Source: Blasia pusilla
Lineage: Eukaryota
Direction of reading: 5' to 3'
Length of the DNA: 64,000 nucleotides
Assembly (NCBI GenBank): GCA_050084515.1
Contig: CM114271.1
Span: 17,298,001 to 17,362,000, forward strand
Under the pieces are notes generated by a model. It saw nothing but the letters and a program-made list of their open reading frames with translations, was not told the DNA's origin and searched no databases. The first letter of the stretch is position 1. Every line of letters begins with the position of its first letter. Position numbers and translations under genes: made by a program. Positions 25,732-39,900 of this stretch are shown piece after piece.

Positions 25732-28700
25732 TCAATCTTCAGGAAAATTAGCTGCAAGATCCCAATAATGACCAACACCAGCATCAGCCAGGTACTTCCT
25801 GGCAGCAGCTTCTGTCCTACATTGCTGAATTAAAAACCTGTCGAAATTGGGTTTTGCCACACTGCCCTGCCAAACCAGCACACACTTATTCACACCTCGG
25901 TCTACTTCCATTCCTTCCTCATCTTCCTGGACCGCAGTAGCCCACTTAATGCGCCGTAGCATTAATTTTGCATAGCGTTTGATGGACTTATTACCTCCCT
26001 CCACAACCACAATCGCCATGGTATCAGACATGACCACACACCCTGTCAGACGGTTCTCCTGGGCATTCATATCAACTTTGAACCTTGTCTGAGGGTGAGA
26101 CAGATCATTCACTCTGTATACAGAGACAATGGTCTCTATTGTGTTGTGGTCCTCAAATAATTTCTTCTCCTTCTTCTCACGTCGTTCTGCAGGAGTCAGC
26201 TTCCGGGCAAGGTTTCGATCAGTATGGGCTTGTTCTCTCTCTGCAGCAGCACTTCGAATCTCTTGCTCAAGCCTGGTGGGATCCTGTGTTGCTTCTGCAC
26301 CTAAAACCTTCATGAGATTACTCATTTTGACCTTGGCTTTTGGAGGCTCCAATAAGCCCTGTCTTATCATCTCTTGTCTGTCCTTCTCCTTTGCCAGCCG
26401 CCGTTGTGTTCGTAACTTCTTTTGCTCCTTCTTGGTCAATTTCAGAGGTTGAGGGGCAGGAGGTGCTGGTTCTGCAGGGGGTTCAATAGGCACTGGATGC
26501 TCGACGTAGATAGTTATTATCTCTGACCTGACCCGTAACTCCCCTTCCAGTATACCATCATAGCTCCTAGAGACCAGCAAGACAGCGTCCCTATATCACC
26601 GAGACACAACATTTGAAGTAAACAACAAAGAAAATGGGATGTCACACAGAAGTGAGGTAATGATGCACATACAAAGTTGGGAGTCATGATCATTTTCAAC
26701 ACTTGAACCCTCCCAAACTAGAAAGAAGATTTGAGGGTACTTCTGTCAGTTCCTACCTTGACCAATTGTGTGAAACGGGGACACTGGCCAAGAGCAAGCT
26801 CCAGTTATTGAGAAAGGCGCTAGAAGGCAATGAATGAACATCCTAAGATTACTGAGCAACAAACTGAAAAAACTGTGGCTTTGCCATTCCCTGCCACTAG
26901 TATAATTTTTGGGTCCATCACATTCTCATGAACTGTATTGAGTAATTCACATCACTATGACATAAAACAACCTTTTATGTTACAACCTTTTACTTAGCAA
27001 CAGGAAAGGAATTGACATCCAAGGACACGAGCACCAAGAAATCTTCATGCCTTTTGCTTCCCCAGAGTTGAAAAGACGTACCACCATTCCACATCAGGGA
27101 TAGGGTCCTTTACTTTCTCCTCTTTCATGGGAACCCTCTCTGTTACTTCAATGAGGTTTGGATTGATATCTGACTCAGCTTTTGCCTTGGCAAGCACTGC
27201 TTGCTTCATCTTCATCTCCTTGGCTTTGGCGTCCCCAAATTGACTCTGATCCAAACATACTGAAACAGTCAGATTCATCAGTTCCACTGCTAGAAAATAA
27301 TTGAGTTGTGCGTACCATGAATATGAACTCACCATGTCCAACATAATCTCATGACATACGTATGAAAGCATGATGTTCAATAAAGAGAAATGGATGTGAA
27401 GCTTTGTGGGCTGTTTCCTACCTTGAGTCTCAACATCTCAGCTTGCTTGGACCACTTTCCCTCCTCAACAAACTGGAAAGCTGACCGTTTTGCCTTGACA
27501 AGTTTTTTCTTGTCAGTGCCCATCCTTGGATCAAAAAAGGGGTTATCCACGGGATCATCTTCCAACTCTGGTCGTAATATTTTGAAAGCTTCTTTCTTTT
27601 GCTTGTTTATATTCACCTGTAGGATGTGGAACCACGTCAAAATAAAACACATTCAAGACAAAATCAGTACAAAACCTACAGCAACACTTGACCTACTGTT
27701 CTCTGCCATGATTCTGGATTGAGTCAACGAAGGCATAGGCCTACCCTCTGAATAGCAGTTGTAGATATCGCAAGCTCATTATCTACATGGCCTGGGCTTA
27801 TAAGAACAAATTTGATCCTTTGAAACATACTTTTAAAGTGCTGATGCTCGTAATTTTGGGCTTGTCCACCACATTGCCATTCTCATCGACTTCTCTACCA
27901 TGGGCATCCAATCGCAACACTGGCGCCTTCACCATCTTTGCTTGAGCTGCAGCTGCCAGCTCCTCGGCAGTTGGAGGCGTCACCATAGATAGCATGGGTA
28001 GGGGACCTTGTTGGAAACCCCAACGAGAAGCTAGTTCTTGTGCTCTCTTGACTGCTTCATAGTTTGATATGCCACCAAACTGAGGAAGTAAACCTTGTAG
28101 TCCAGGCACCATCCCGGGAAACCCAAAAGCACCCAGATTATTGGCCATGGCTCCTGGCATGATCAGACTGGGCTGTGTTGGTGTAACTGGTACTTGAGGC
28201 AGACGTGTCTGCGATTGAGTAGACCCTGACTGTGGTGCTGAAACAGTTGGAGTAGAGCTGACCTTGGCCGCCGCTTTTATCTAGCATGACGGTAATGGAA
28301 GATGAGTCTGCGATCGAAGAACACAAACATAGAATATTGAAGCCTTGACTAGACTTGGATCCATGTCACTCTGCTAGCTGAACTTCACAACTATTAAGAT
28401 AAACGTGAACTTGGTGTATATTGAAGACAAGTAAGCAAGATGCATTGGACAACATACCGGCAACTTTTTTAACTTCTCATTGAGCTCCTTTTGGTGTTGC
28501 AGAAGTCTTTGTGCTTTGGCCAGGACATTCTCTGCACCACCGACACTACTAGACCGTTTCTGAGAAACCCCATCTTGTGGCGAATCAAATCTGGAAATGT
28601 GACCAGAACCTTGAACCTTTTCAGTTGCACTAGAACCATGTGGAGATGGGGATGCAGTGGTGGTAGAAGGTGTGATATCTTCAGCGGCATCCTGCATTCC

Positions 28701-30211
28701 AGAACCACGTTTCCGATGTTTTATCCCGAAGAAGTCCAAAAGCATTGTCGTCTCTCTACCGACACTTCATCAAGCCGAGATAAGCAATGAACTTTGAAAT
28801 GCTGGTACGACTCCTGACAAGTCTCCTGGTCATGGCATCCCCTTCTTCAACCTTGGGTTTTGTTCTGAGTTTTCCAATCCCAATTTGGGTTGGCAGGAAC
28901 ATGGTGAATGAGATGGTAAGAAAATGAAGGATGTCATTCGCCTAAACAAGCTTAAGAGAACGTAGCCAAGGGGAGAGGGGAAACCGGGTGAGGAGAGGAA
29001 GAAGCCAGGGGCGAGATTCCAATGCAGGCAATAGGATGCTACCAACAAGGGATTCCAATCATTCAACAAAACCCGGTACATTCGAACTTGTCCGAAGTCT
29101 CCGGCCATCTGCTTGAACCCCTGGGCACAAGCAGTGATTTAACCCATCGAAATGGCTTGAAGGGGAAGACCGAATGTAAAATTACTTATCAGTAGGTCTT
29201 TTAATTGTAAGAGATGTGTCAGTTAAAAGCCATGTGAAGTCGAAAAACAAGCTCACTGCTTCATTTAGTGGTAGTGGAATTCGTAGAAGCGTATCCAAGC
29301 ACTAGTGAGAAACAAACACAGTCCCTCTTACCTGTGACGGGTTGTCATTCGATGAATGTGAGGTCTTCGCCTTCTTCGCGGGCTTTTCCCCACCATCCCT
29401 GGGATCGGGATAATCTGCGTGTGCAGTCTTCGCTTTCTTGGAAGATTTCTCCGGAGCATCTCTGCCTTCCCTACCATTCGCACTATCATTGCGCGCCATT
29501 CTGGCCACCTTGGCTGACATACTTCGATGCCGAGCCGATTTCCACTCTAAATTTGGATAATCATCCCGATCCACCTACAGAGCTCACACCGTCCCGGTTG
29601 TCCTTCTCATCGACTTCGGTGAACACATCTGAACGTGCGCAAAATCTGCGATGTCCGAGCAAAGATCAATATCTCGCCCCAACCCCAATTCAAAGAAATA
29701 TCGACAGATTCACACGCTTGGAGACCTACACCCTACACGCGCGCGTGGAAGCGTTCGGCTGGAGATGAGAATGAACGAGAGATCGCAGTACTCAACGACC
29801 GCGGACACATTACCACAAATGAAGTCCAAGCGCTCGAAGACACACCGCCGGCAAAAGCAGAAAACTCTACATCATTCTAAAACTCCTGACCGCTAGATAT
29901 CAAGCTGTAGTTCCGTGCGAGAAATGAATCCACAACACAAGATAGACACACAAGCACACACACCAACACAGACAAACAATCAAAGGCTTCCCTCATGCGA
30001 CAGGGCAATGCTTTTTTTTTGAAGAAAAAAAAACCGAATCAGAAAATTGAACCGCACACCACCAATCCCACTCACGCGGAAGGAAGCAATTGTCGACAAG
30101 CCCTACTATCTCCCAACCCTCGAGGGAGCGCTCGCCCACATACGCAAACGCAAAGGCATATTGAAAGCCGCGCAGTCGACCACAGGCGCGCGTCGCTCAC
30201 ACCGCATCCAT
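25732..30211 (-). CDS. PRP3: U4/U6 small nuclear ribonucleoprotein Prp3; exons 30211-30203 (tentative), 29574-29332, 28691-28458, 28280-27831, 27616-27422, 27245-27082, 26590-25732
   Basis: Hallmark motifs STLKVNINKQ, FFDPRM, IPDVEWWD, YVEHPVPIEPP, LTKKEQKKLR, KVKMSNLMKVLG, QDPT, NAQENRLTG, VVVEGG, C.LVWQG; frame-consistent GT-AG junctions. Confidence 0.95.
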
Positions 30212-30437
30212 TTTTCTTCCCACGCTACAATGGAAGCGGGGCCATTCTCCGTCCGCAGCCTAGCTAGCTACCACCGCGCTCGCTGCACTCCCTTCCGTGT
30301 TGGGATTCCCCGACGCGAACTACGTTCGGTCCCTCGGGGCCATCATTCTCCATCCGATCGCGTTGCAATTTCCTTTCCCGAGGCCAAAGCTCCTCCCTCA
30401 CACGGGACGGACGGGTTTCCTCGTGCATCCGATCCGA

Positions 30438-30496
30438 TAAACCCTAAACCTCGCTACTCCAAACCCTAACACACAAACCTCGCTATCAACCCTAAC
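30438..30496. promoter_or_regulatory. Telo-box cluster (AAACCCTAA) upstream of PRP3
   Basis: AAACCCTAA at ~30439 and ~30461, AACCCTAA at ~30488, at the edge of a GC-rich 5' region. Confidence 0.65.
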
Positions 30497-33400
30497 GTCT
30501 CGAACATAATTCTTCTTCTTAGATAATTGCACTCTTGAGTTAGAAATTCAAAAACCATCATATATATGAATGAAAGATGAAACGTCCATATAATATACAT
30601 CCATACAAATTTCATCTAATATCGAATTTTCGATGGTTGCCCCATCTAAGGCTAGAGGAGAGACTAAGTAGAGTTTAGAGGCATCAAAACCTCCCATAAA
30701 TGTCGCAGAGTTATTATGAGAATATTTGTATGTAATTAGAATGTTATTTAATGAAATTGTAAAGTGGAAAAACATGGAAGAAAATATTTAGGCTAATGCA
30801 TGTCACAAACATTCTTGCTAGCTATTAGTAAAGTAATAAAAGAGTGTTTAAAGAATTTTGTTAGGATTAATGATGTTGCACACAAATTCAAACTTTTCTT
30901 TTTCCATTTAAATTCATTTTCCTTCCCCAAAATATAACATGTGAATTAATATAATTATTTTTTTAAATAATCAGATTATTTATTTCAAATTTTAAATATG
31001 ATTTTTATTTTCTAAAATCTTAGAAAAGTAATAACATTCCACTGTTCTTAGTAATTATAATCCTCCATTCAAATTTAAATGATATCCCAATACACTAAGT
31101 AATTTTATCTTTCCATCAAAGTTTGAAAAAAGAAATCTACTCTTCCATTAAATATTTTTTCCTTTCTCCATCAAATATGAATCGAGGTAAAAATTCTAAA
31201 TTTTTGGTTATTTATCATAATAGTTTTATTTTATTAATATTTATAATCACCCATTATAATATTAAATTAATTTCTAATTGATTAATATATATTCCATTCA
31301 AATCCTGTTCTTTTTCTATTTCTACCCATCTAACGGGGCTAAGGCAAAAAAATTCAATAGTGTTGGCTATTTTGTCCTATTGTCCCGCTATCTTGTCGTA
31401 TTATGCATATGTGGTCACCAATTATTATATAGTTAAGAAGAGAAACCAGCGTGTACAACTATATTGTAAAAAAACCATTCGAATTTTAAAAATGGTTCGT
31501 CATATGAAACCATTTTATTATTCCTACCTCATTGCCATAAGTCAAGCAAAGAGCGTTTCAAACCAAGAACATATTCTCCCTTCCTAGTTTAAATCAATCA
31601 TAAGATTGTTCGCATGATTATCTTTTTTTTATGCACCATTTTTTTTTCATTAAATCAATCATAAGATTGTTTACATGACTACTTTTTTCATGCACACATT
31701 TTGATTTTTTTCATTAAATCATATGCATAAGGCTTTTAAGGGAGATGAAAATTTCATAAATGAGTAAAGAAAAAAATGCAAAAAAATCACCATTAGTTGG
31801 ATTGAAATCAATTCTTTAAATCTATATTATTATTGGAGAATGCCTTCCTGGGTAGCAAAAATCAAATGAGCTTGAGCAAGATGCACGATTACCACAAAGG
31901 ACACTATTATTCCAAATGTATCAAGTAGTCTATTTCCAACCAAAAAAGTGAAACAATTATTTCCGTAATTGCGCATTCTCATTAACTTTTTAAGATTTAA
32001 CATTTTGATATTGAATGCATCTAAAATAAATAAACACGAATTCTTGATCAAAAGCATTACGTCTACAATCATTGTTCTTTTATTGAAAAAAATTGAATAA
32101 ATGTTAGTATAATGTAGTAGGTTTACTCAATGAGGATAAAAATGTACTATTCAAAACTCTAACCACTTTAAATTTTGGCATGGAAAATAAAATTTTCAAT
32201 AATTATTTCAAAAAAATGAAATTTTTTAGCAAAGATTTCACATGGATGTTTATGATAAGATATTTGTAGTAAATTTATTTTTAAATGTACTATTTCCTAT
32301 GAGATATCTCCCATAATGGGAATCGTGTTATGCAAACTTTCATAGTTGAATATTTCTACTAAACCTAGCTAACTATAAATTATTACATGTAAGGTCTTTG
32401 GAAACATGTCATAATTCTAGAGTTTCACATAACCAAAGAAAAGACAAATAAGAATATAGATAGTTAAGGGCAAGAGGCCAACAAGTATATATATACATAT
32501 ATCAATATTTACTTCTATTTCATAGAAAAATGAATTTTTAAATACCTTAAACCTCTTAGACTTAGTATGGCTTGGGACAATCAATTCAAGTGGAGTTGAT
32601 TCACATTCAACAACCCCCAAGGACTTAGAGCACACTTGTTTTCACTAGTACTCTAAAGTAAGAACCATTGCTACAAACTATAATTTTCTAATGCTAGAAA
32701 ATTATAATAGGCTTGCGTATTTAAGAATTAATCGATCTAAAGTAGATAAATCAAATTTGACTCAAAATAGAGGGACAAAGCCAAAAATGTATGTTTTATT
32801 TTTCTCGGCATTTTATTGACCAAATTTTATGATTTCCATGTGATAAAATGTGGGAATTTTTTTAAATGACAATTACCATATCGAAATTATTATCGAAGAG
32901 TGCCCCTTCATTTTTCAAACACCTCTCCAATTGACACTTGGCACTCTCAACCAATAGGATTGCTCGCATTCTGAGCCAATACAATTGCTTGAAGTTTATA
33001 TAAAATTGAGTCTAGATTCTAATCTAGTCGTAACTAACTACTAAACCTCATATAAGGAAAAAACCATTAAATTAAAGCAAACATTAGATCTTTTTTAGTA
33101 GAGATTCTCAATTGAGTCCAACAATATCTAGAATAGTAAAATAATTAACATTAAAAAGTGAATCATAAAATAAGTTTAAGAAAAAGTAGATACAAATCCC
33201 ATATATCAAACATTGAATGAAAATCAATATTACGCATAAATTATAAATAAATAAAAATAAAATAATGAAAATATCCAAAAACTAATAAATTCCATATTTG
33301 GAGAACAAAACCTTAGAGATAACACAAGTAGCCCAAAAGAAATCATTGAAAAAAAATAAAAGTAGAAAAATAAAATTAATAATGATGAATAAATGATACT

Positions 33401-33929
33401 ATCCTAATGGTGTTTTTAAGTTCAAATTAACTTAAATAATAAATGAAACTTTAATTTTAAATTTTTTATTTTTTAAAAAGACTGAAATAAAATCGATACC
33501 TAAATTGTCCAAGTCAACGAGAGCGAAGTCCAGTGAACTAAGATTGCGCGTGAACAAAGAGAGGCCAGGTCGTGAGAAAAACGGCACAAGTGCAACACAA
33601 GAGACCAGCAAAAGAACTTGTAGAAGGAAGAGCAGCAACGAAGAGGAGAGGGGTTGTGTGGGAGCTAGAGTTTAGGGCAAGTTTGTAGTCAGGAGAATCG
33701 CTTAGGTGTAGAGGCCAAACGGCTTTGGCGGGTGAGGTAAGGCATATTCAAATATGATCGATTTTGTTGATATTTTGGGAGAGTAAGAGACATTGAAAGA
33801 GTGCCCTAGGCATCATCTGCAGTGATTGAGTCTTTAAAATTGCTCTCAAGTGGCGTTGAGATTGTGTGTGTGTGTGGAAAGATGCAAGAAAGCAAAAAAG
33901 AGTAGAATTTCTTTATATGTACACATAAA

Positions 33930-33932
<3 letters not shown>

Positions 33933-33963
<31 letters not shown>
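33933..33963. repeat. (TC)n microsatellite
   Basis: Direct reading. Confidence 0.95.
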
Positions 33964-33966
<3 letters not shown>

Positions 33967-34399
33967 GAAGGGGCACTAGTCCACAATTTTTCACATAGCT
34001 ATTGAAAAACGTTGTTCAAAGCCATCAATATCAAGAATGCCCAATCGCATATACTCCTACTAACTTGCTTTAGTATTATGAAATAATCTCAAAACACCTT
34101 AAAAATAGAACACTCTTTTAGTTAGGAACTTACCTAGACTGTTATTATATCTTGATTGAAGAAGATGGCCTCTTGAATCTTCCAAGCCCATTGCACATCC
34201 TCTATGACCTCGGTAGTATGTGGAGTACTCGCCATAATTCATGAAATGCACGATACGAGGTCAACTCTCTATGGATCTTTATAATTAATGGATGCAAAAA
34301 AATATTTCTTTTGTGTTATTAACATATGACCAACAAAAGCATGTAAAAATATATCCCAAAATCAAGAAAAGCATGACATTAAAGCATATTATGTTTAAT

Positions 34400-35300
34400 T
34401 AAAATAATTTCATGCCTTTGAAATTAAATACGCTAATAGCTCGTCATAAACCTCTCCCAATAGTGTGCACTTTCCATGACTTAGAGCCACCACAAGTGAG
34501 CATTTTATTATCAACTGGGGTGGGCCCCTTACCTAATACACCAACATTGGAAATAAATATAATTTTTTAAAAATCAGATATATTACTTCAATGCAATTAC
34601 ATGAAGATTGACCTATGTTTTTTCTACATGAATAAACTCATTTATCTTTATTTGCATTAAACTCAATCACATGTACTATATATAAAGCCAATTTTTGCAA
34701 CCTCAATACTTCTTCTTTGTGCAACATCAACCATCGTTTGGGCCAAGTTTGCAATTTTCCTACGTAATTTTGCTTGACTTTAATTCATGTATTGCCTTAC
34801 GCTTGACATCCTCAATCCAATATTACTTCTATTGTTACTCAAACTATGTGGTCATATGTGAATGAATGATGATTTGCAAAGCACAAGCAACCAAGAAATC
34901 AATCTCTTCAACTATTCACATGCATTAGCAAGTGTGAATTGTTACGAAATATGGCAAAGATCTAGTAGTGAAAAACACCTTAGAGCCTCCACTCATAAGT
35001 GGAACATCAAAGACACCCTTCTCCTTCTTGGAATGTGATGTAGTTTTGTCTTGCAAATCCACTTGTGTAAAAGCCAACAAGGTCTATATGGGCCAACAAG
35101 GAGATGTCTCTAATATAGCCATTTTCAAACATACATCATGGATAATATTACATATATGAATATAATTCTCCACTTGTTGTCTTCTTCACTTCATAACTTC
35201 AACTTTCACTTTAGTTCTGTGAGACAATCAATAGTTTACAAGGCGCTTCCATTCTGTCGTCTTATGATCAAGATGAAAATTTATCCTATAATGCCACCTT
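34400..35300 (-). mobile_element. Possible very degenerate hAT-type transposase relic
   Basis: Weak minus-strand remnants such as PYFVTIH (~34950), resembling the hAT HCxAH region; no intact ORF. Confidence 0.25.
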
Positions 35301-35534
35301 TTTGCTATGAAAAATATTTTCATCGCATATTTCTCAGTCTTCATTAAGGAAGCTATTTTCTTCCTTAGGCCATACGCGTTTAGCCACTCCCACCTATATA
35401 CTCCCAAGATTTTCCCTCATCGATACGCATTGTTGACATGCAAATACTATATTGCTTATCTATGTCCACACAAACTATGTATAGACAACACATTAAAATA
35501 CCTTTACATCAGAGAGCCATATCTTGAAACCAAA

Positions 35535-36290
35535 TACTGCGACCCTCGTAACCAAATAAACACCAAACACACGTCAAGGGAAACATCAGAACTTTAGTGT
35601 GTTCATGCTTTGATGATTTCGCTTTGGAAAGGTCTCTTCAAAAAGTCCAAGAGACGAAATGCACAAGAGAGTTTGTGCATTTCATGCATTTATGGTCGCA
35701 ACTAAGAATCCTTGACCAAATGTGAACCAAGACTTGAGATAAGTTGAGTCTAGGAAGGTTGGTTGCCAAAGAGGTGAGAACCACTTTTGCAGCACGACTA
35801 GCGTTTGGGGATTTTTACTGTGTTTTGGACCATAATTTTTAGTCTCAAGATGAGTTTGGGACAAGTAAGGTGGCTTCGGAATCTTATGCCAAGACGATTA
35901 CAACACCAAAGATTAGAGAAAATGCTTAAGCAAAGCTTGAGATATTGGCCAAAAATGATTGTAAGAGGAGTCGGGTTGAGGGCCAAATTGAGGGGCCCGA
36001 CTGTCTTTCCCTAAAGTTAGGGGAAGGGCGGGGATCCCCATAAGTACTAGTAAGGGGGAATGTCTCTAAGGATTCTTGGAACACGAACCCCTTTTTGAGC
36101 GCCAAACGACGTCTCAAGGACACGGGATGGAACGGGAGTTTGGCGTTGAGGAAATCGAAACCCAAATCTGATCCAAGGGAGTGGATTTTGTAAGTCACAC
36201 TTGGATTCCAACTCGTGACTCGCGGTTAGAGACTCATTGGATGTCCATCGGACAGTTGGAACTGCCAGGCATGCAAACGTCGTTTGAAGA
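35535..36290. mobile_element. Truncated LTR, same family as 2479-3457
   Basis: Shared blocks GCGACCCTC, GAGTCTAGGAAG..GGTTGCCAAA, GGAGTCGGGTTGAGGGCC, AAGTACTAGTAAGGGGGAA. Confidence 0.85.
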
Positions 36291-36528
36291 ATAGAGGTGA
36301 TGGGGAGATTTTATTTTGAATCTTTTTTTCTTATGAAAGCCTATTTTAATTTGTGACTCCATTGTAACTGCCATTTTACGAGTCTAATTTATGCAACTCA
36401 ATTGCAGTAAGACAAAACTTTGTGAGTTGGTGTAGTTTTTGGAAATCGGCCCAAAATTAATAGTCATTTTCCATTTTTTACTATAATGACTTGTATAGAC
36501 CTTGTAATAAACTCGCAAAAGACATTAC

Positions 36529-36987
36529 ATATAGTGACCCTTATAACCAAACTTGCGCCGTTGCGAAACATTGGGATTCTAGTAGACTCACACTATGATG
36601 GATATGTGTCTATTGAAGGAGATATAAGATGTGAGATAGGAGCAAGGTTGAGTGTTTCATTGTAAATCGTTGCAACTCAATAAACCTAGACCAAACATGA
36701 ACCAAGACTAAGAAGAGTCGGTTGCCAAAGAGGATGAGAATCGAAATTGGAATTTGACTAGCGTCAAGTTGACACGAGGCAAACCAAGGGAATGCAATGG
36801 ATCGAGACGATGGCATTGGGGGTGACCACGAAGAAATTCCAAGGGAGAAAATTTCAGAGGTCACCCTTGGATTCCATCCCACAACTCATTTCTTGGGTCT
36901 TGGTTAGGAATTCATGTGAGGTCCATTAGATAGTTGGAACTGCTAGGGATATGAGCACTGTTGTAGGTGCTCAGACTATGTGGAAAG
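36529..36987. mobile_element. Internally deleted LTR fragment of the same family
   Basis: GTGACCC..AACCAAA start, GGTTGCCAAAGAGGA, TTCTTGGGTCTTGGTT..GAA blocks match 2479-3457. Confidence 0.65.
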
Positions 36988-39900
36988 TATTGAAGATTGA
37001 ATTCCAATGAAGCTCATCAGACATCCAAACTACTACATTCGGTACTTACACGAAGTAGGCAAGCTTAATCTTGGCTAGTCAGTTAAGCGCGATTATCTTA
37101 ACTAAGGTTAGTTAATCACAGTTAGTCTAACTCAAGACTATGGTTAAGGTTGCTTGAACATACCCTATATAATTGAGAAGATGAACAACCTCCACTCATT
37201 CTCTCATTGCATAATTCTGTTCTCCATGGTGGTGTGTAAGTGTGAGAGTCATTTCCCACCAGTTATGCTTCTTTAGTAATTTTCTACATGATATTAGAGC
37301 GATACGAGAACATCATTTGAAATTCTTGGTGTTTGAGGAGAAAAGAGAGGCAAGAGAAGGCACGATTTTAGTTTGGGAGAAGGAAATTTCATCAAGAGCT
37401 TAGTATCAAGATTTCATGTAAAGTTGTAATAGTGACAAAACTTTGGAGGCAGTTTTGAGGGCTTTCCCGATCAATTTAGCAATCTGGGCCGCATAGGTTA
37501 GAGAAAAGCCAAAGAATTGTTCTAACATTCTTGTAGAGCTTGTCAAGATATTTTCTAAGCATCCAAAATTGCTTGATTTTGACATTCTGAGCAACTGCAT
37601 CCTGCACACCTTTCCTTGCAATTAGTGAATGAAAGTTACGCAGTTTGCTCTCTACGGGCCAATTTTGACTAGTTCTCCCATACAATTGATCAATTTTGGA
37701 AAATTTAAGGTCAAATTCTCTTTAGGAGTGGTTTTTGCTTCAACTAGAGCAATAGAGAGCCTGAAATTATATTTTTGAGAGTAAAATCGTTCTTCATGGA
37801 ATATTCCTCAACAACAATCACAAGCGAGAAGCTACACAAGCTGAACTATAATGCATGGAAGTTTCGAATAAATTTTTTTCTCATGAGTCAAGAATTATGG
37901 GAGCTTGTTACAAGTGATGAGGCCAAACCAAAAGGTGACTCAATAGACTTGAATGTTCGCGCTTAGAACAAATTCTTAAGGCAAGTAATTCACTTCATTT
38001 CAATAACGATCATTTTGCCAATAATAGATCATATTCAAGATGTTGATACTCTGAATGAGACTTGGGATGCATTGGAAAAGTTATTCCATACATCTACGAA
38101 GACCATAAAGCTTGAAACATAGTCGCACGTTTTATGCGTTAGTGGTCGCGACGAGGAAGTCTAGACCAAACGCAAACCAAGACTTGAAATGAGTTGAGTC
38201 TTGGAAGGTTGGTTGCCAAAGAGGTGAGAACCAATTTTGGAACACGACTAGCGTTTGGGAAATTTGACTGTATTTTGGACCATAAAGTTTAGCTCCATGA
38301 TGCATTTGGAAAAACTAAACATGCGTTGGAAAGCTTATCTTGAACGCTTCGAATGCACTAAAGATATCAACAAACGCATAAATACATGTTGAGATATTCG
38401 CCAAAAATAATGGTGAGAGCAATCGGGTTGAGGGCCAATCTGAGGGGCCCGGTTGTCTTTCCCTAAAGTTAGAGGGACCCAAGTGATCCCCATAAGTAAT
38501 AGTTAGGGGAAGTCTCTCCGAGAAGTATTGGAACACGAACCCCACTTTGAGCACCAAATGGCGTCTCAAGGGCACGGGATGGAACGGGAGTTTGACGTTG
38601 GAACTCAAAATCCAAACCTGATCCAAGGGAGTAGATTTCGTAAGCCACACTTAGATTCCGACCCGTAATTCATTTTGTATGAGTCTCGATTAGGGACTCA
38701 TTGGATGTCATTGGACAGTTGGAACCGCCAGGTGCGAATCTCCAGGCGTGAAACGCCGTTTGAGGTTCGTGAACCGACTAGAAAGTATGTGCCAAGTCTT
38801 TTGAGACTTTTCTATGTTGCAAACCGCAAAACTAGGTGGGTTGAGCTAGATGAGAGGCCGAGTCGAGAACTTGGCAAGTTAGAACCGCTGATTGATCCAG
38901 ATCCGACTAATTTGAATGCGTGTTTGGATGCAGATCAGCGTTGAGAGCGTGGCCTACTGAACGCACGCTTTCGCAACAACAAAGATTAACTTTCAAGGAG
39001 AGTAGGCGCACGATATCAATAGATATTGCCTATAAATTCCCCAAGTACTAGTGCACGATCAGGTGAGGTCCTAGATTTGTTAGTTAAAATTTTCAGTCCC
39101 TCGACGGGAAGAGTACGTATTTGGTCTCTTGACATTAGTTAGAGATCGAGTGAGGAGTCAAAAGCATCCACCTCTGAAGAACAACTTCGTAGATCAAGTA
39201 GAGTCACACATCAAGTTCATAGATTTATAAATGAAGGATTCCTTGTGACACATCATGCATGTATGATGACTATCCCTTAAGAATAGGAGCCGAGTTGTTT
39301 TGAAGAAGCTACAAGCAAGGTTAAATGGATTGAAGCTATGGAGGAAGAGCTTGCTGCATTAAGACATCAACATACCTAGGAGCTAGTTGATATACCTACT
39401 GATGAGGAAGCTATTGGTTGCAAATGGATTTACAAAGTCAAGCGCAATCAAGATGATATAGTGAATAGATACAAAGTCGGATTGGTAGTCATCATATACC
39501 CAAGGGCTATGCACAATAATATGACATCGATTTTGAGGAGACATTTAGCCCTATTGCAAAGATGGCGACTACGAGAACACTAGTTACAGTTGTAGTAAGT
39601 AAGTGGAGATTACAACACATGGACATAAAAAATGCCTTTTTGAATGGAGATCTATATAAGGAGATATACATGACTCAACCACCTAGATATGAGCATCGAG
39701 AGTTTCCATTCTGCACATGCAGGTTAAAGAAAGTTCTATACAGGCTTAAGCATGTTCCAAGAGCTTCGTATGGCAAGATCGCTAGATTACATATGGCTTA
39801 CAAGAGTTGGGCTTTAGGGCATGTGATTCTTACTCCTTATTATATATCTTGAGAGGACAAGAACATAGGGTTGTATGTTGATGACCTCTTAATTACTATG

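Noticed and set aside
30438-30496. Interstitial telomere
   Set aside because: Only isolated AAACCCTAA units, not a tandem array; treated as telo-boxes
31588-31720. ~61-bp tandem duplication in AT-rich DNA
   Set aside because: Real but unremarkable local duplication with no functional signal
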